Source: an uncultured delta proteobacterium
GTDB lineage: Bacteria; Myxococcota; Kuafuiibacteriia; Kuafuiibacteriales; Kuafuiibacteriaceae
Length of the DNA: 64,000 bases
NCBI GenBank assembly: GCA_963803435.1
Contig: CAWDML010000002.1
Coordinates: 218,340 to 282,339 of the forward strand
Direction of reading: 5' to 3'
In this document: in pieces, positions 40,504 through 60,279 of the stretch
Numbering within the stretch: the first letter of the stretch is position 1
How the letters are laid out: every line of letters begins with the position of its first letter
The notes under the pieces: model-generated
What the model was told of the DNA's origin: nothing
The model's database searches: none
What the model saw: only the letters and a program-made list of their open reading frames with translations
Position numbers and translations under genes: made by a program

Positions 40504-41588
40504 CGCTCCTCCTCGAGGGGGTCGCCGTCGCCGATCCCGAGGACCGCATCCACGACCACCCGCGCGCCCGCGTCGAGCCCCGACCTCACCTCGACGAGGC
40601 CGTCCGCGGTCTGACCGCGCCGGACCTCGCGCACGTGCGCGAGCCCGTCGCTCCCGCACTCGATGACCTCGACGTCCGCGCCGCCTCGGCTGCGGAGCGC
40701 ATCGCTCGGCACCGCGAGCGCCTCGTGCGGCGCGCCGACCTGTATCGTCGCCAGCGCCAGCACTCCCGAGGGCGGCTTGGGACCGGTGCGGAGATCGAGC
40801 GCCACGCGGACGCGGCCGAGGCCGGAGGCCCGATCGACCGCGGGCGCCACCGCCGAGACTGCGCCGGACCAGGTTGTGTCGGGGAGCGCCGCCGAGGTGA
40901 TCGTCGCGGTCTGGCCCTTGGCGATGCGGACCAGATCCTGCGCGGTGGCGTCGCCCGCCAGCTCGAGCTCGGAGACGTCCGCCACCTCCACGATCGGCGT
41001 AGCCGGAGTTCCGTCGACCAGCTCGCCCGAGTGCCGGAACACCTTGAGCACGGTCCCGGCGATCGAGCTCCTCAGCGTGGTCCAGGACAGCTCGCGATGG
41101 GCGCGCTGCGAGATCGAGCGCGCCTCCGACTCCTGCGCCGCCGCGTTGGCCAGGCGGAGCTCCGCGTCGTCTACCTCCTGGCGCGGGGCGATCCCGTGGT
41201 CGAAGAGTCGCTCGACCCGCGCCAGAGAGGCCTTGGCGGTGGCGCGCTCGGCCCGCGCTTTCTGGAGCGCGGCGTCGGCCTCCTTCGCCTGGTCCTCGTA
41301 GCGGGCCGACTCAATCCGGGCGAGCGGTTGCTCGGCGTCCACCACGTCGCCCTCGCGGACGGCGACCTCGACGATCTTGCCGGTCACCTGCGGAGCCAGC
41401 GAGGCATCGCGCTCCGGGAGGGGTGCGATGGTCCCCCGCAGCTCGACGCTGTCGACGACGCGGAGGGTCGAGACCGGGAGGCAGCGGACATGTCGGGGCG
41501 CGGTCTCCGCCTCCGGCGCTTCTTTCTCGCGCGGGCAGGCGAACAGCGCGAGCAGCAGCGCGCCGATCGCCGCGTCACGGCGCTGCAT
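40500..41588 (-). CDS. RND periplasmic adaptor subunit
   Basis: Lipobox ALFAC; GKIVEVAVREGDVV, coiled hairpin, LAVPSDAL, GLDAGARVVV. Confidence 0.9.
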   Translation of the reverse strand: MQRRDAAIGALLLALFACPREKEAPEAETAPRHVRCLPVSTLRVVDSVELRGTIAPLPERDASLAPQVTGKIVEVAVREGDVVDAEQPLARIESARYEDQAKEADAALQKARAERATAKASLARVERLFDHGIAPRQEVDDAELRLANAAAQESEARSISQRAHRELSWTTLRSSIAGTVLKVFRHSGELVDGTPATPIVEVADVSELELAGDATAQDLVRIAKGQTATITSAALPDTTWSGAVSAVAPAVDRASGLGRVRVALDLRTGPKPPSGVLALATIQVGAPHEALAVPSDALRSRGGADVEVIECGSDGLAHVREVRRGQTADGLVEVRSGLDAGARVVVDAVLGIGDGDPLEEER

Positions 41589-42777
41589 GCGTCGCCTCCC
41601 ACGGATGTCCGACCGAGCGCTCGAGGTCGGCCAGGGCTCGATGCAGCGCGGCTGTCGCGGTGGTCCGCTCGATCCGGATGTCCAGCAGCGCGCGCGTCGC
41701 CTCCAGGACGCGCAGGAGATCGACGCGTCCGTCGCGGTAGCCCTCCTCGGTCATGCTGCGCGCCTGCTCGATCAGCGGGAGCACCTCGCGATCCAGCGCC
41801 GTCGCACGGATGCCGGCGGCCTCCGCGGTCCGATAGGCGGCGACCAGCCCTGCCAGGAGACGATGTCGATCGGCCTCGAGCATCGCCTGCGCCAGCGCGT
41901 GCTCGGCGCCGGCACGCTCGATGAAGCCGCCGCGCAGGCTGAAGACGGGGAGAGGGAGCGACAGACCCACGATGATGTCCGTCCGCGGGAGCCCGGGATC
42001 GAACGCGTCGACGCCCAGCTCACCGTTGATGATCGGCCAGCGCGCCCGCTTCTCCGCATCGACATGGGCGTCCGCGGCGGCCTCCTGTGCTCGGTCGCGG
42101 CGCACGGTCGGATGATCGCCCAGCGCGCGCTCGAGGTCGGCGAGCGGCGGCAGCACCGCCGAGAAGCCGGGCTCACCGGCGGCGGCCAGCTCGTCCGGCC
42201 GGTCTCCCCCGATCCACGACGACAGGCGCGCCGAGGCCGAGCGAACGGCGGCCGCGTCTGCCTGCGCCTCTGCGCGGGCCCGCGCCAGCTCGGCGTCGGC
42301 CCGCACCACGTCGAGCCGCGCGCCGGTGCCGGCGTCGAAGCGCTCCTTCGCGATCGTGACGATCTTCTCCGCGTCGACCGCCCCCAGCGCGAGCTGACTG
42401 GCGCGGGCTTGGGCCTCCCAGAGATCGATCCAGGCGACGGTGGCGGCCCAGCGCGACTCGACCCGCACCACCTCGACATCGTCGGACATCGCGATCCGAT
42501 CGGCCTCGGCCGCGTCGATCGCCGCCGAAGTCTGTCCGAAGACCGGGACGGGGATGCTCAGCGCGGTACCGAAGCGCGCCGACTCCCGCGCCGTCGACAC
42601 CGTCAGCGTCGGGTTCTCCAGCGTACCGGCGATCGCAACCTCGGCCGCCGACACCCCCACCCGCCGCTCCGCGATCCGGACGTCCGGGGCCCGCGCTGCT
42701 GCGACCTCGCGCGCTGCCTGGAACGTGACGCCGGCCGGCGCGCCCACGACCAGAGCGACCATGAGCAGGGGGTGCAT
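41575..42777 (-). CDS. TolC-family outer membrane efflux protein
   Basis: OEP repeats: ERFDAG...LDV, GYRDG..DLLRVLEA. Confidence 0.88.
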   Translation of the reverse strand: MHPLLMVALVVGAPAGVTFQAAREVAAARAPDVRIAERRVGVSAAEVAIAGTLENPTLTVSTARESARFGTALSIPVPVFGQTSAAIDAAEADRIAMSDDVEVVRVESRWAATVAWIDLWEAQARASQLALGAVDAEKIVTIAKERFDAGTGARLDVVRADAELARARAEAQADAAAVRSASARLSSWIGGDRPDELAAAGEPGFSAVLPPLADLERALGDHPTVRRDRAQEAAADAHVDAEKRARWPIINGELGVDAFDPGLPRTDIIVGLSLPLPVFSLRGGFIERAGAEHALAQAMLEADRHRLLAGLVAAYRTAEAAGIRATALDREVLPLIEQARSMTEEGYRDGRVDLLRVLEATRALLDIRIERTTATAALHRALADLERSVGHPWEATHAAP

Positions 42778-42820
42778 TGGACCGCCGATCGTGCCCCAAG
42801 GCTCCGGGTGCGTCGAGGAA

Positions 42821-44721
42821 TCAACCGGGGGCCAGAAACAGGGCGCCCAGCGGCGGCAGTGTCAGCGAGAGAGACTGCCAGTGCCCGTGCATCGGGATCG
42901 GCGAGGTCTCCGCGGCGCCCAGATTTCCCACACCGCTCCCTCCGTAGATCGTCGCATCGGTGTTGAGGGCCTCGCGCCAGCGCCCGGGCGACGGCGCTCC
43001 GATGCGATAGTTCTGCCTGGGAAGCGGCGTGAAGTTGAAGACGCAGAGAACGTGCTGCCCCGGCTCGCGCCCGTTGCGGACGAAGCTGAGGATGCTCTGG
43101 GACGAGTCGTTCGCGTCGAGCCAGGAGAAGCCGCCCCGCTCGCAGTCCAGCGCGTGGAGCGCGGGCAGCTCTCGATAGAGGCGGTTGAGATCGCCCACGC
43201 AGCGCATCAGCCCGCCGTGCCGCGGGAGCGCGAGCAGGTGCCAGTCGAGGCTGCTGTCGTGGTTCCACTCGCGCCGCTGCCCCAGCTCGCCGCCCATGAA
43301 GATCAGCTTCTTGCCGGTCTGACCGAACATGTACGCGAACAGGAGCCGAAGGTTCGCGAACTGTTGCCACTCGTCGCCCGGCATCTTGGCGAGCAGCGAG
43401 CCCTTCCCATGGACGACCTCGTCGTGCGACAGCGGCAGCACGAAGTTCTCGGTGCCGGCGTAGATCGCGCGGAACGTGAGGTTCCCGTGGTGATACTGCC
43501 GGTGGATCGGATCGCGCGACATGTAGAGGAGCGTGTCGTGCATCCAGCCCATGTCCCACTTGAGGCCGAACCCGAGGCCACCGAGCTCGAGCGGGCGCGA
43601 CACCATCGGCCAGGCGGTGGACTCTTCGGCGATCGTCTGGACGTCCGGAAAGCGCAGGTAGACCTGCCGGTTCAGCTCTCGCAGGAACCCCATCGCCTGC
43701 AGGTTCTCGCGTCCGCCGTGGACGTTCGGGATCCACTCGCCCTCCTTGCGGGAGTAGTCGAGGTAGAGCATCGAGGCCACGGCGTCGACGCGGAGCCCGT
43801 CGATGTGGAAACGGTCCAGCCAGAAGCAGGCGCTGCTGAGCAGGAAGCTCCTCACCTCGTTCCGGCCGTAGTTGAAGATGGCGCTGCCCCAGTCGGGGTG
43901 ATGGCCCAGCCGCGGATCGGCATGCTCGTACAGGTGCGTGCCGTCGAAGTTCTGGAGTGCGTACTCGTCCTCCGGAAAGTGCGATGGCACCCAGTCGAGG
44001 ATCACGCCGATGTCGTTTTGATGGAGGTGATCGATCAGAAACTTGAGGTCCTCCGGATCGCCGTATCGGCTGGTGGGCGCGAAGTAGGCCGACGTCTGAT
44101 AGCCCCACGAGCCGTAGTACGGATGCTCCGTGATCGGCAGCAGCTCCACGTGGGTGAAGCCGAGGTCCTGGACGTGCTTCACCAGCAGCGGCGCGAGCTC
44201 CCGGTACGTCAGCGGCCGGTTGTCCTCCGCCGGCACCCGGCGCCACGAGCCGAGGTGCAGCTCGTAGATCGACATCGGCGCGTCGAGCGCGTTCTTGGCC
44301 CCGCGCTCGCGCATCCACTCCTGATCGCCCCACGCGAAGGCATCCTCCCAGACGATCGACGCGGTGTGGGGCGGCTGCTCCGTGTAGAAGGCGAACGGAT
44401 CGGCCTTCTCGACCCGATAGTCCTGGTAGCGTGACTGGACGAAGTACTTGTAGACCGTCCCCTTGCCGACACCGGGGACGAACGCCTCCCACAGACCGGA
44501 GCTGCCGCGGGCGCGCATCGGCGTGTGCGTCCTGTCCCAGTCGTTGAAGTCGCCGATGACCGACACGGCCTCCGCGTTGGGCGCCCACACCGAGAACGAG
44601 GTCCCGCTCCGGTCGCCGAGCTGCCTGGGGTGCGCGCCCAGCTTCTCGTACAAGCGGGTGTGCGTCCCTTCGTTGAAGAGGTGGAGGTCGATGTCGCCGA
44701 GGAGGGTCTGGTTGGCAGCGA

Positions 44722-44725
<4 letters not shown>
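42821..44725 (-). CDS. glgB: 1,4-alpha-glucan branching enzyme
   Basis: FSVWAPNA, IYELHLGSW, SWGYQ, DGLRVDAVASMLY, IAEEST, LSHDEVVHGK; TTG start at 44725. Confidence 0.96.
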
Positions 44726-48025
<3,300 letters not shown>

Positions 48026-48046
48026 CTGAGTCTCAAACCTTCCTGA

Positions 48047-50026
<1,980 letters not shown>

Positions 50027-50168
50027 TCCATGCGGTTAACGGATCGCGGCCATCGGTTGAAGCGCTCTCGCACAGGCGCGCGAATTTTCCGGGGAAACGG
50101 GGCAGCCTGCCACGATCGAAGGTGCGCGAAGTGCCGATGGTGCGCATCTTGCGGTACAGGGCGCCGCT

Positions 50169-50639
50169 TCAGTCGAGGAGGCGATACATCACGTGGGCAT
50201 CGACGTAGCGCTGGCTCTGATGGCGGAAGGCCTGCGGCAGTGTCCCGGCGATCGTGAAGCCGAGCTTCTGCCAGAGCGCGATCGCCGCCTCGTTGGTGGC
50301 GACCACCAGATTGAACTGCAGCGCCCGGAAGCCGTGCGCGCGGGCCGCCTCGATCGAGTGCTCGCCCAGGGCGCGACCGACGCCCTGGTTCCGCGCCCGC
50401 TCGGTCACCGCATAGGAGGCGTTGGCCACGTGCGCGCCGCGCCCAGGCTGATTGGCGCGGAAGTAGTAGGCGCCCAGCAGCTCGTCACCTTCGACCGCCA
50501 CGTAGGCGTGACCGCGCAGGAACGACGAGACGAAGTCCCCGGCGTCCTCGTAGACGTACGTGGTGCCGTCCTGGACGATCACCTCGGCGAGCGCGTGGAG
50601 CTGCGGGACGTCCCCGTCACTGAGCGGTCGGATCTCCAT
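50169..50639 (-). CDS. GNAT family N-acetyltransferase
   Basis: NQPGRGAHVANASY, RNQGVGRAL, QFNLVVATNE. Confidence 0.9.
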   Translation of the reverse strand: MEIRPLSDGDVPQLHALAEVIVQDGTTYVYEDAGDFVSSFLRGHAYVAVEGDELLGAYYFRANQPGRGAHVANASYAVTERARNQGVGRALGEHSIEAARAHGFRALQFNLVVATNEAAIALWQKLGFTIAGTLPQAFRHQSQRYVDAHVMYRLLD

Positions 50640-50678
50640 GTCACCGCCATTCTGCTCGACTCGCGCGCCGGCGGAAAG

Positions 50679-51542
50679 TCAGGTGCAGAGGTCGCCGAGG
50701 CGCCACGGCTGGGCCGGGTCGGGGGAGCGAAGGACGGTCTCGAGGAGCTGATCCATCAGCTGGTGCGCGGTCGCCACGCCCAGCGGGCCGTCCGCGCAGG
50801 CGTGAGCGAGCATCTCGATCGATCGCCGGTCGCACTCGAACGAGCCGCCCAGCGAGCTGATGACGCGCTTGGCGCGGATCAGCGGGCTCTCCTCGGCGGC
50901 GAAGGTTCGAGCGACCTCGACGGGGGACAGACGCACCATGGCCACCAGGGTCTCGAAGTACGCGGCCAGCTCGGGGGCCTTGCCGACCTCCGCGAGCGCG
51001 CGCCGGAGGTCGTCCTGCGAGGCCGGCAACGAGATCGGGACCTCGAACGTGATCGCGCCGCAGACGAGCCAGCGATCGTCGAGCGAGGGCAGGGCGGCGA
51101 GCTCCGCCGGCCGCAGCCGCTCGAGACCGTCGAGGAAGACGATCCCCCCCGGGGGTAGGTCGAGACGCTCGTGCGTCAGGTCGATCGACCCGCACTCGAT
51201 GCGGAGCGCGGGCATGTCGGTCGCCGCCAGCATCGCCTCGGCGAGCGTAGTCTTTCCGAAGCCCTTGGGTCCCATCAGCAGCAGCCGAGGCGCTCGCCCC
51301 ACGCCGTCGTTGCGCATCAGGTGGAGACGGAGCGCCGAAACCATCTTCTCCTTCGCGTACCGGTGGCCCGTCGCGCGCTGGTCGAAGAACTGCATCAGCT
51401 CGAAGGCCGACGGCACCATCCCGACGGTTGTAACGGTGTCCCAATCGACGGTCGGTGCCTCCCATTCTTCAATCGGGAGGACGAGATCGTCCGAGGCGTT
51501 CACGGGCCCACATAGAAAGCCAGGTGTCGGCGATCGCTTCAA
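50679..51542 (-). CDS. Degenerate ClpX-like AAA+ protein
   Basis: GHRYAKEKMVSAL, LLMGPKGFGKTTLA; C-terminal ClpX-like small domain; altered Walker B (IVFLDGLE). Confidence 0.6.
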   Translation of the reverse strand: MKRSPTPGFLCGPVNASDDLVLPIEEWEAPTVDWDTVTTVGMVPSAFELMQFFDQRATGHRYAKEKMVSALRLHLMRNDGVGRAPRLLLMGPKGFGKTTLAEAMLAATDMPALRIECGSIDLTHERLDLPPGGIVFLDGLERLRPAELAALPSLDDRWLVCGAITFEVPISLPASQDDLRRALAEVGKAPELAAYFETLVAMVRLSPVEVARTFAAEESPLIRAKRVISSLGGSFECDRRSIEMLAHACADGPLGVATAHQLMDQLLETVLRSPDPAQPWRLGDLCT

Positions 51543-51610
51543 GATGACCTTCGACTACACTTCCATCACCGACCGAGCTCTCGCATCTTTCGCCACCTCG
51601 GGCGCGCAAC

Positions 51611-52933
51611 TCAGCGGCGTGGAACCGGCGTCTCGTCGGCGAACGGCACGTGCGAGGGCCGTGGCTCCGGCTGGACGGCGCGGAGAACGCCGCCGAACCG
51701 CTGGAGGTGGTTGGCGAAGATCTCCTGATCCGTGGCCGCGTCGTGAGCGGCGTCCTCCCGTGGGTCGAAGATCAGCTCCACGGTCTCCTCCACCTCGTCG
51801 TCGATGCGCCAGGGGAGCTCGTCGTCGCCGGTGAGGCGGCCGATCACGTCGGGTACCAGCGGTGCCCGCCAGCCGACCGGGAGGATGAGCGCCAGCGTGC
51901 GCAGCGCGCCCCGGTCGAGCTCGGTTTGGAGCGCGTCGACGTCGAGCTTCTTCTGGTGGGGATGCGTGGCGGCCGAGGCCATGCAGAGCCAGCTCCCGTC
52001 GCCGATCGTGCGGTCGTGGCGCCACTCCCCCGAGGGGAGCCCGGTGCGCTCGGCAATGGCCGCCGCCGCGATCTCTCCGTCCTCGTTCGCGTAGAGGAGC
52101 TCGTCGAACGCCACGCCCAGCTCGCGGATCGCTGCGATGATGCGGTCGATGAGCGGCCCCAGATCACCGAGCTTGATCGGGTCCATCCCGAAGCGACCGC
52201 CGTCGCGGGTGTCGGCGGCGACCTCCACGAGCAGACTGCCATACTCGATCGCCATCGCCGTCCTGAGGTTGATCGGCGCCGACAGATCGAGCCCCGCGAG
52301 CTCGATGCGTCCGATGACCCCCTCGACCCAGGACAGGTAAGGCGCGTCCTCGTCACCCGCCCGTTTCTTCGCCTGCTTGAGCGCGCCCTTCACCGCCTGC
52401 GGGCGGCCGCACAACGCTGCGTAACGCGCCTGGGTGGCGAGGCCGGCGGCGCCCAGGAGCTCCGGGTCGACCTTGGCGATCAGCTCGAAGGCCGGCCCGA
52501 TCCGACCCCGCCTCGCCGACAGCCGCGCCGACAGATATAGCGCCCGCCCGTTCATCGGATCCCGCTCCCGGGCGGCCTCGAGGGCGTGCTCCGCGGTTCG
52601 CAACCTCTCCTGCTGAAGCAGCGCGGCCCCCAGATCGACGAGCTCCTCGGCCCCGGAGGTCTCTCGATGCTCGAGCACCCGTTCGGCCAGCACGTCGGCT
52701 CGCGCGATGTGAAACCGCGCGATCAGCATGGTCGCGATCGTGGTGGCCAGGTTTCCGAGGCCCTTCGACAACACGCGGTCCAGCTGCTCCAGGACCGCCG
52801 GGAGCCGGACGGCCTGCTCGCGCAGCGCGCGCTCGACCTCCCGGACGTCCCCGGCGTCGATCAGCCGGGCGAGCTCTTCTTCGGGCATCTCCGCCGGGGG
52901 AATGGGGGGCGGGAGGTCCTCATCGCTCGACAT
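51611..52933 (-). CDS. TPR-like hypothetical protein
   Basis: 440 aa; helical repeats (LGAALLQQERL..A...AL..A...DP). Confidence 0.7.
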   Translation of the reverse strand: MSSDEDLPPPIPPAEMPEEELARLIDAGDVREVERALREQAVRLPAVLEQLDRVLSKGLGNLATTIATMLIARFHIARADVLAERVLEHRETSGAEELVDLGAALLQQERLRTAEHALEAARERDPMNGRALYLSARLSARRGRIGPAFELIAKVDPELLGAAGLATQARYAALCGRPQAVKGALKQAKKRAGDEDAPYLSWVEGVIGRIELAGLDLSAPINLRTAMAIEYGSLLVEVAADTRDGGRFGMDPIKLGDLGPLIDRIIAAIRELGVAFDELLYANEDGEIAAAAIAERTGLPSGEWRHDRTIGDGSWLCMASAATHPHQKKLDVDALQTELDRGALRTLALILPVGWRAPLVPDVIGRLTGDDELPWRIDDEVEETVELIFDPREDAAHDAATDQEIFANHLQRFGGVLRAVQPEPRPSHVPFADETPVPRR

Positions 52934-52962
52934 CCCGGACGCCTACCATAAGATCAGACGAC

Positions 52963-56850
<3,888 letters not shown>

Positions 56851-56864
56851 GGAGGAGTCGATCG

Positions 56865-57659
56865 ATGAAGAGATGGGTCGTAGTCGCGCTGGCGGCATCG
56901 CTCACCGCTTGCTTCAGCACGGTGAAGGTCAACGCACCCGAGGGCGGGCGGTTCGAGCTGCCCGCGGATGGTTTTCCATACGCGCTCTTGGACCGCGTGC
57001 TCGCCAAGGTGGTCGACGATCACGGGCGCGTCGACTACAAGACGCTCGCCGGCGACCGCGCGGATCTCGAGCGATTCCTGGCGGCCGTGGCGCAGGTCTC
57101 TCCGCACTCGAACCCCGAGCTCTTCCCGGCGCGCGAGGACAGGCTCGCCTACTGGCTCGACGCCTACGACGCGTACGTGCTCTACGCCGTCACCGAGCGA
57201 CCGGCGATGAGGTCGGTCAACGACGATGCCACCAGCTTCTTCTACTTCACCCGGTACTCGTTCGGAGGGGAGGAGATCTCGCTGTACAACCTCGAGAACG
57301 AGGTCGTGCGTGGGGAGTTCGCTGAGCCCAGGGTGCACTTCGCGCTCAACTGCGCCTCCGTCGGATGCCCCCGGCTCCCGCGCGAGGCCTTCGTCCCGGC
57401 GCGCCTCGAGGATCAGCTGGGCCGCGAGGCGCGGGAGTTCTGCGTCGATCCGGAGAAGGTCCGCGCGAACGGCAACACGGTCGAGGTCTCGCGGATCTTC
57501 GACTGGTACTCCGACGATTTCACCGCCGACGGCGGCCCGGTCGCGTTCTGCCGCAAGTGGGGCCGCGGCGATCTCCCTGCGCCCGACGTGGCCGAGGTGT
57601 CTTTCATCACCTACGACTGGACGCTGAACGCGCAAGCCGGCCGCGCGCTCTTCGAGTGA
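56865..57659 (+). CDS. DUF547 domain lipoprotein
   Basis: Lipobox LTAC; GRVDY, LAYWLDAY, EPRVHFALNCASVGCP, SRIFDWY..DF, YDWTLN. Confidence 0.9.
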   Translation: MKRWVVVALAASLTACFSTVKVNAPEGGRFELPADGFPYALLDRVLAKVVDDHGRVDYKTLAGDRADLERFLAAVAQVSPHSNPELFPAREDRLAYWLDAYDAYVLYAVTERPAMRSVNDDATSFFYFTRYSFGGEEISLYNLENEVVRGEFAEPRVHFALNCASVGCPRLPREAFVPARLEDQLGREAREFCVDPEKVRANGNTVEVSRIFDWYSDDFTADGGPVAFCRKWGRGDLPAPDVAEVSFITYDWTLNAQAGRALFE

Positions 57660-57708
57660 GCGCCTGCGCGCGTGGCGCCGCGCGGTGCGCTGACGCTATG
57701 CTCCGCAC

Positions 57709-58236
57709 ATGCTCGCACTCGTGCTCCTGCTGACGTCGGTATCTGCGACCAAAGGCGGCGTGACGATGCCCGACTCCATCACCGTCGACGGGAAACCGTT
57801 GGTCCTGAACGGGCTCGGCATCCGTGAGGCGACGATCTTCAACGTCGATGTCTACGTGGCCGGTCTCTACCTGGAGAAGAAGGCGAAGAGCGGCTCGGAG
57901 ATCATCTCGGGCGAGGGGACCAAGCGCCTGGTCCTTCGTTTCGTCCGCGATGTCGATCGCGACGACATCACCAAGGCCTGGAAGGAAGGGTTCGAGAAGA
58001 ACGGGGGCGACAAGCTCGGTGCCCAGCTGAAGGAGCTCTCCAGCTGGATGCCCGACGTGAAGGAGGGGCAGGACCTGGTGTTCACGTACGTCCCGGACAA
58101 GGGGCTCAGCGTGACCGTGAGCGGGACGACCAAGGGCTCGATACCCGGAGCCGAGTTCGCCCGGGTGTTCTTCTCGATCTTTCTCGGACCCAGCCCGCCG
58201 AACGCCGGGTTGAAGAGAGGGCTGCTCGGGTCGTGA
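57709..58236 (+). CDS. Chalcone isomerase-like protein
   Basis: LVLNGLGIRE..VDVYVAGLYL, F..IFLG..P..LKRGLLG. Confidence 0.88.
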   Translation: MLALVLLLTSVSATKGGVTMPDSITVDGKPLVLNGLGIREATIFNVDVYVAGLYLEKKAKSGSEIISGEGTKRLVLRFVRDVDRDDITKAWKEGFEKNGGDKLGAQLKELSSWMPDVKEGQDLVFTYVPDKGLSVTVSGTTKGSIPGAEFARVFFSIFLGPSPPNAGLKRGLLGS

Positions 58237-58623
58237 TCACTCCTCGGGCTCGAGCTCGAGGGCGGCCGAGTTGATGCAGTAGCGCAAGCCGGTCGGGTCG
58301 GGACCGTCGTCGAAGATGTGCCCCAGGTGCGATTCGCATCGGCTGCAATGGACCTCGGTCCGTACCATGAAGTGCGACTTGTCGACCTGGGTGCCCACCG
58401 CCGACGCCTGGACCGGCTGGTAGAAGCTGGGCCAGCCGGATCCCGAGTCGAACTTGTGCGCCGACTCGAACAGCGGCTCGCCGCAGGCAGCACAGCGGTA
58501 CGTACCGGCGCGCTTCTCGTTCCAGTACTTGCCGGTGAAGGCGCGCTCGGTCCCCTGCTGACGACAGACGCGGTACTGCTCGGGCGTGAGAGTCTTCTGC
58601 CACTCCTGATCGCTCTTCTTCAT
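58237..58623 (-). CDS. msrB: Peptide-methionine (R)-S-oxide reductase
   Basis: [37 protein letters not shown]. Confidence 0.97.
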   Translation of the reverse strand: MKKSDQEWQKTLTPEQYRVCRQQGTERAFTGKYWNEKRAGTYRCAACGEPLFESAHKFDSGSGWPSFYQPVQASAVGTQVDKSHFMVRTEVHCSRCESHLGHIFDDGPDPTGLRYCINSAALELEPEE

Positions 58624-58656
58624 GACGACGATGATATGCCGTCCCGCGGGCGCGAG

Positions 58657-59821
58657 TTACGGGATGAGCGCGGCGCAGGCCGATCCGACCAAATTGGCGT
58701 CCTGGACCCGGAAAATCTTCGCGGCGCGGTCGGTCGAGAGGCGGGCGAGCGTGCGCGTACACCGTCCGGCAAACTTGGGATCCCCCCAAAAGAGGCTCCC
58801 CTCGGCCACGATCGCGACCTCGCCCTGGTAGAAGTCGCAGACGGCGGCGAGGCCAGCCGCGACCAGGTCCGCCGCGCGCGCGAGGATCGCCTCCGCCACC
58901 TCCCCGGCACCCTCGGGCCCGCCCTCGTCGCGATAGGTGACCAGCGTCTTGGAGCCGTCCCTCGGATCGAAGCCCGGCACCTCCGGGAGCAGGCGCGCGA
59001 AGAGGTACGGGAGGTAGTGCCCCGCCACCGCCTTCTCGAATCGATGGGCGCCGGCGTTGTCGGTGGCGGCGTCGACCTGTCGGTCCCAGTCCGTGAGGTG
59101 CGGCGGAATCGAAGTTGCCGGACTCGAGGTTCACCGCCATGGGTCCGCGCACCAGCTTCTTCGCACGAGGAGGCGAGAAGAACGCGCACATGTTGCTGCC
59201 GGTCCCTGCGATGAGACCAATCAGCTGGCGGCGGATCGGCCCTTCGCACGACACCCCGCCGCCCAGCATGCTGGCGACGGTGTCGTTCAGCACCGCCACC
59301 CGAGTTGGGCGGATCCCCTTGCGCCCCAACGCTTCGGTGAGGAGTGCCCCGACCAGCTCGCCCTCGACGCCGGGCACGTTCACGCCCTTGGTCCATCGGA
59401 TCAGGCGGGCGTCGCGGCTCTCGAGCACGGTCGACGGATACGAGAAGCAGTAGCCGAGCGGGAGATCGCGCGGCGCGTCCAGCTCGACGACCAGCTCGGC
59501 CTGGGCGTCGAAGAAGGCGTCCCGCTCGAGGTGTTGTCCGTCGCGGACTGGCAGGCGCTTCTGGATCGGGCCGCGGGTGATCGAGAAGCTCGGTCCGTGG
59601 ATCGTGAGCATCGCGGCCCGCATGTTGGTTCCGCCGGTGTCGACGACCAGCGCTTCACCCTCGAGGCCGTCGGGGGGCGGCGGCAGGTGGGCGGGCAGGC
59701 ACGCGATCTCGGTGTTCTCCTCTCGGAGCCCGACCTCGATGCGGTCCCGAAGCGTGGCGCGGATCTCCTCGAGGATCGTGTCGTCGAGGCGAAGCGTGGA
59801 GAGATCGGGTCGTCGCATCAC
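58657..59821 (-). CDS. Hexokinase (eukaryotic-type family; frameshift near 59110)
   Basis: DTGGTNMR, LGYCFSYP, WTKG, LNDTVA, IAGTGSN, NLESGNF, then FEKAVAGHYL and EGSLF in a second frame. Confidence 0.85.
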
Positions 59822-59861
59822 GGCCTATTTGCCAAAGGCGCCGCGCCGATACAATGGCGGC

Positions 59862-60272
59862 GTGCGCCTGGCCGCTCTCCTCCTCTCCTTGCCCCTGATC
59901 GCGTGCTCCGGCACGCCCGAGCCCGCCGACGCCGGCACCGACGCGGGTGACCTCGACGCCGGAGCGGACGCCGGCGTGGTCGAGCTGCCGTGCAAGACCC
60001 TGACCTGCAACGCCTCGGAGACCTACTGCAAGCTGACGCCTGTCGGCGCCTGCGCCCTCGACGCCGGCGCCTGCGGCCAGGGCGAGGAGCCCTGCGTGGG
60101 TGCAGGCGGGAGCGGCTGCACGCCGGACCGCACCCCGAGCTGCGAGGCGCTGGAGGGGTGCACCAGCTGTGCGTGTCTGATCGGCAAGTCGCCCTGCGGC
60201 ATGGGGACCATCCAGACCCAGTGCCGCGCGGTCGGTGGAAGGGTGACGGTCGAGTGTCCGTATCCGGAGTGA
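59862..60272 (+). CDS. Cys-rich lipoprotein
   Basis: Lipobox LIAC, DAG repeats, many Cys; GTG at 59862. Confidence 0.72.
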   Translation: MRLAALLLSLPLIACSGTPEPADAGTDAGDLDAGADAGVVELPCKTLTCNASETYCKLTPVGACALDAGACGQGEEPCVGAGGSGCTPDRTPSCEALEGCTSCACLIGKSPCGMGTIQTQCRAVGGRVTVECPYPE

Positions 60273-60279
60273 GGGTCCG

